A model generated the notes under the pieces. That model made no database searches and was not told where the DNA came from. It saw nothing but the letters and a program-made list of their open reading frames with translations. DNA of 64,000 bases from Thermoanaerobaculia bacterium (GTDB lineage Bacteria > Acidobacteriota > Thermoanaerobaculia > UBA5066): contig JBGASW010000003.1 in the NCBI GenBank assembly GCA_044229475.1, forward strand, positions 390,838 through 454,837, read 5' to 3'. The translations under genes were made by a program, and so were the position numbers. Within the stretch, counting starts at the first letter, position 1. Each line of letters starts with the position of its first letter. Below, in pieces: positions 63,979 through 64,000 of this stretch.

Positions 63979-64000
63979 TACCGGGAGGCCGGTCAACTTA
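63979..64000. promoter_or_regulatory. Putative TetR operator: TACCGGGAGGCCGGTCAACTTA (inverted repeat ACCGG-N4-CCGGT) upstream of the TetR gene
   Basis: Lies 71-92 bp upstream of the TetR start codon, at the window edge, adjacent to a TTGACA hexamer at ~63940. Near-identical to the site at 54949-54970. Confidence 0.4.

Noticed and set aside
1-64000. CRISPR arrays, rRNA genes, integrases, transposases or phage structural genes
   Set aside because: None seen. There are no regularly spaced direct repeats, no rRNA-like low-GC conserved blocks, and no recombinase motifs in any frame I inspected.

Overview
This is a high-GC (~70%) bacterial chromosomal segment, densely packed with about 55 protein-coding genes on both strands. 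I found no rRNA, tRNA or CRISPR array. Two VWFA-related Acidobacterial domain (VWA) family proteins and two large sortilin/BNR-repeat secreted proteins suggest an Acidobacteriota-like genome; this is inference from protein motifs only.

Content by region:
- 0-15 kb: secreted M24 peptidase, an SSF transporter, two giant BNR/Asp-box proteins, PhhA and an MFS transporter.
- 14.7-18.1 kb: a small DNA-damage cluster of Fpg/Nei glycosylase, a membrane-anchored Ser/Thr kinase and an SRAP (YedK-like) protein.
- 18-20.5 kb: a predicted lipoprotein and a diheme cytochrome c.
- 20.5-25.9 kb: YpdA-like flavoprotein, VWA protein and a lipoprotein, followed by three translationally coupled minor-pseudopilin-like genes and an NRDE protein.
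- 25.9-32.1 kb: HtrA, cyclophilin, MFS, a second VWA protein and FumC.
- 32-45 kb: Fn3 protein, metallophosphoesterase, GDSL hydrolase, Qor, a GGDEF (SGDEF) protein, an aldo/keto reductase, S9 peptidase, Yip1, DUF2752-like protein, a YadA-head-like repeat protein and RmlD.
- 45-53 kb: two tandem membrane proteins, a two-gene 2-oxoacid:ferredoxin oxidoreductase (delta-alpha and beta-gamma fusions), a small Cys-rich ORF and an ADP-forming acyl-CoA synthetase.
- 53-64 kb, at lower GC (~55-65%): CoA-transferase AB, SDR, carboxylesterase, GntP-like permease, SDR, SMP-30 and a sulfatase-TPR fusion coupled to a TetR regulator.

Most interesting observations:
- an orphan VWA-lipoprotein-minor pseudopilin operon;
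- a 22-nt palindromic operator-like motif shared between the TetR promoter region and the divergent CoA-transferase/SDR promoter;
- strong over-representation of the palindrome TTCTNAGAA inside AT-rich patches of coding sequence;
- a ~120-aa uncharacterised domain shared by two unrelated secreted proteins.

All start sites are inferred from reading frame and motif context, not from homology searches.
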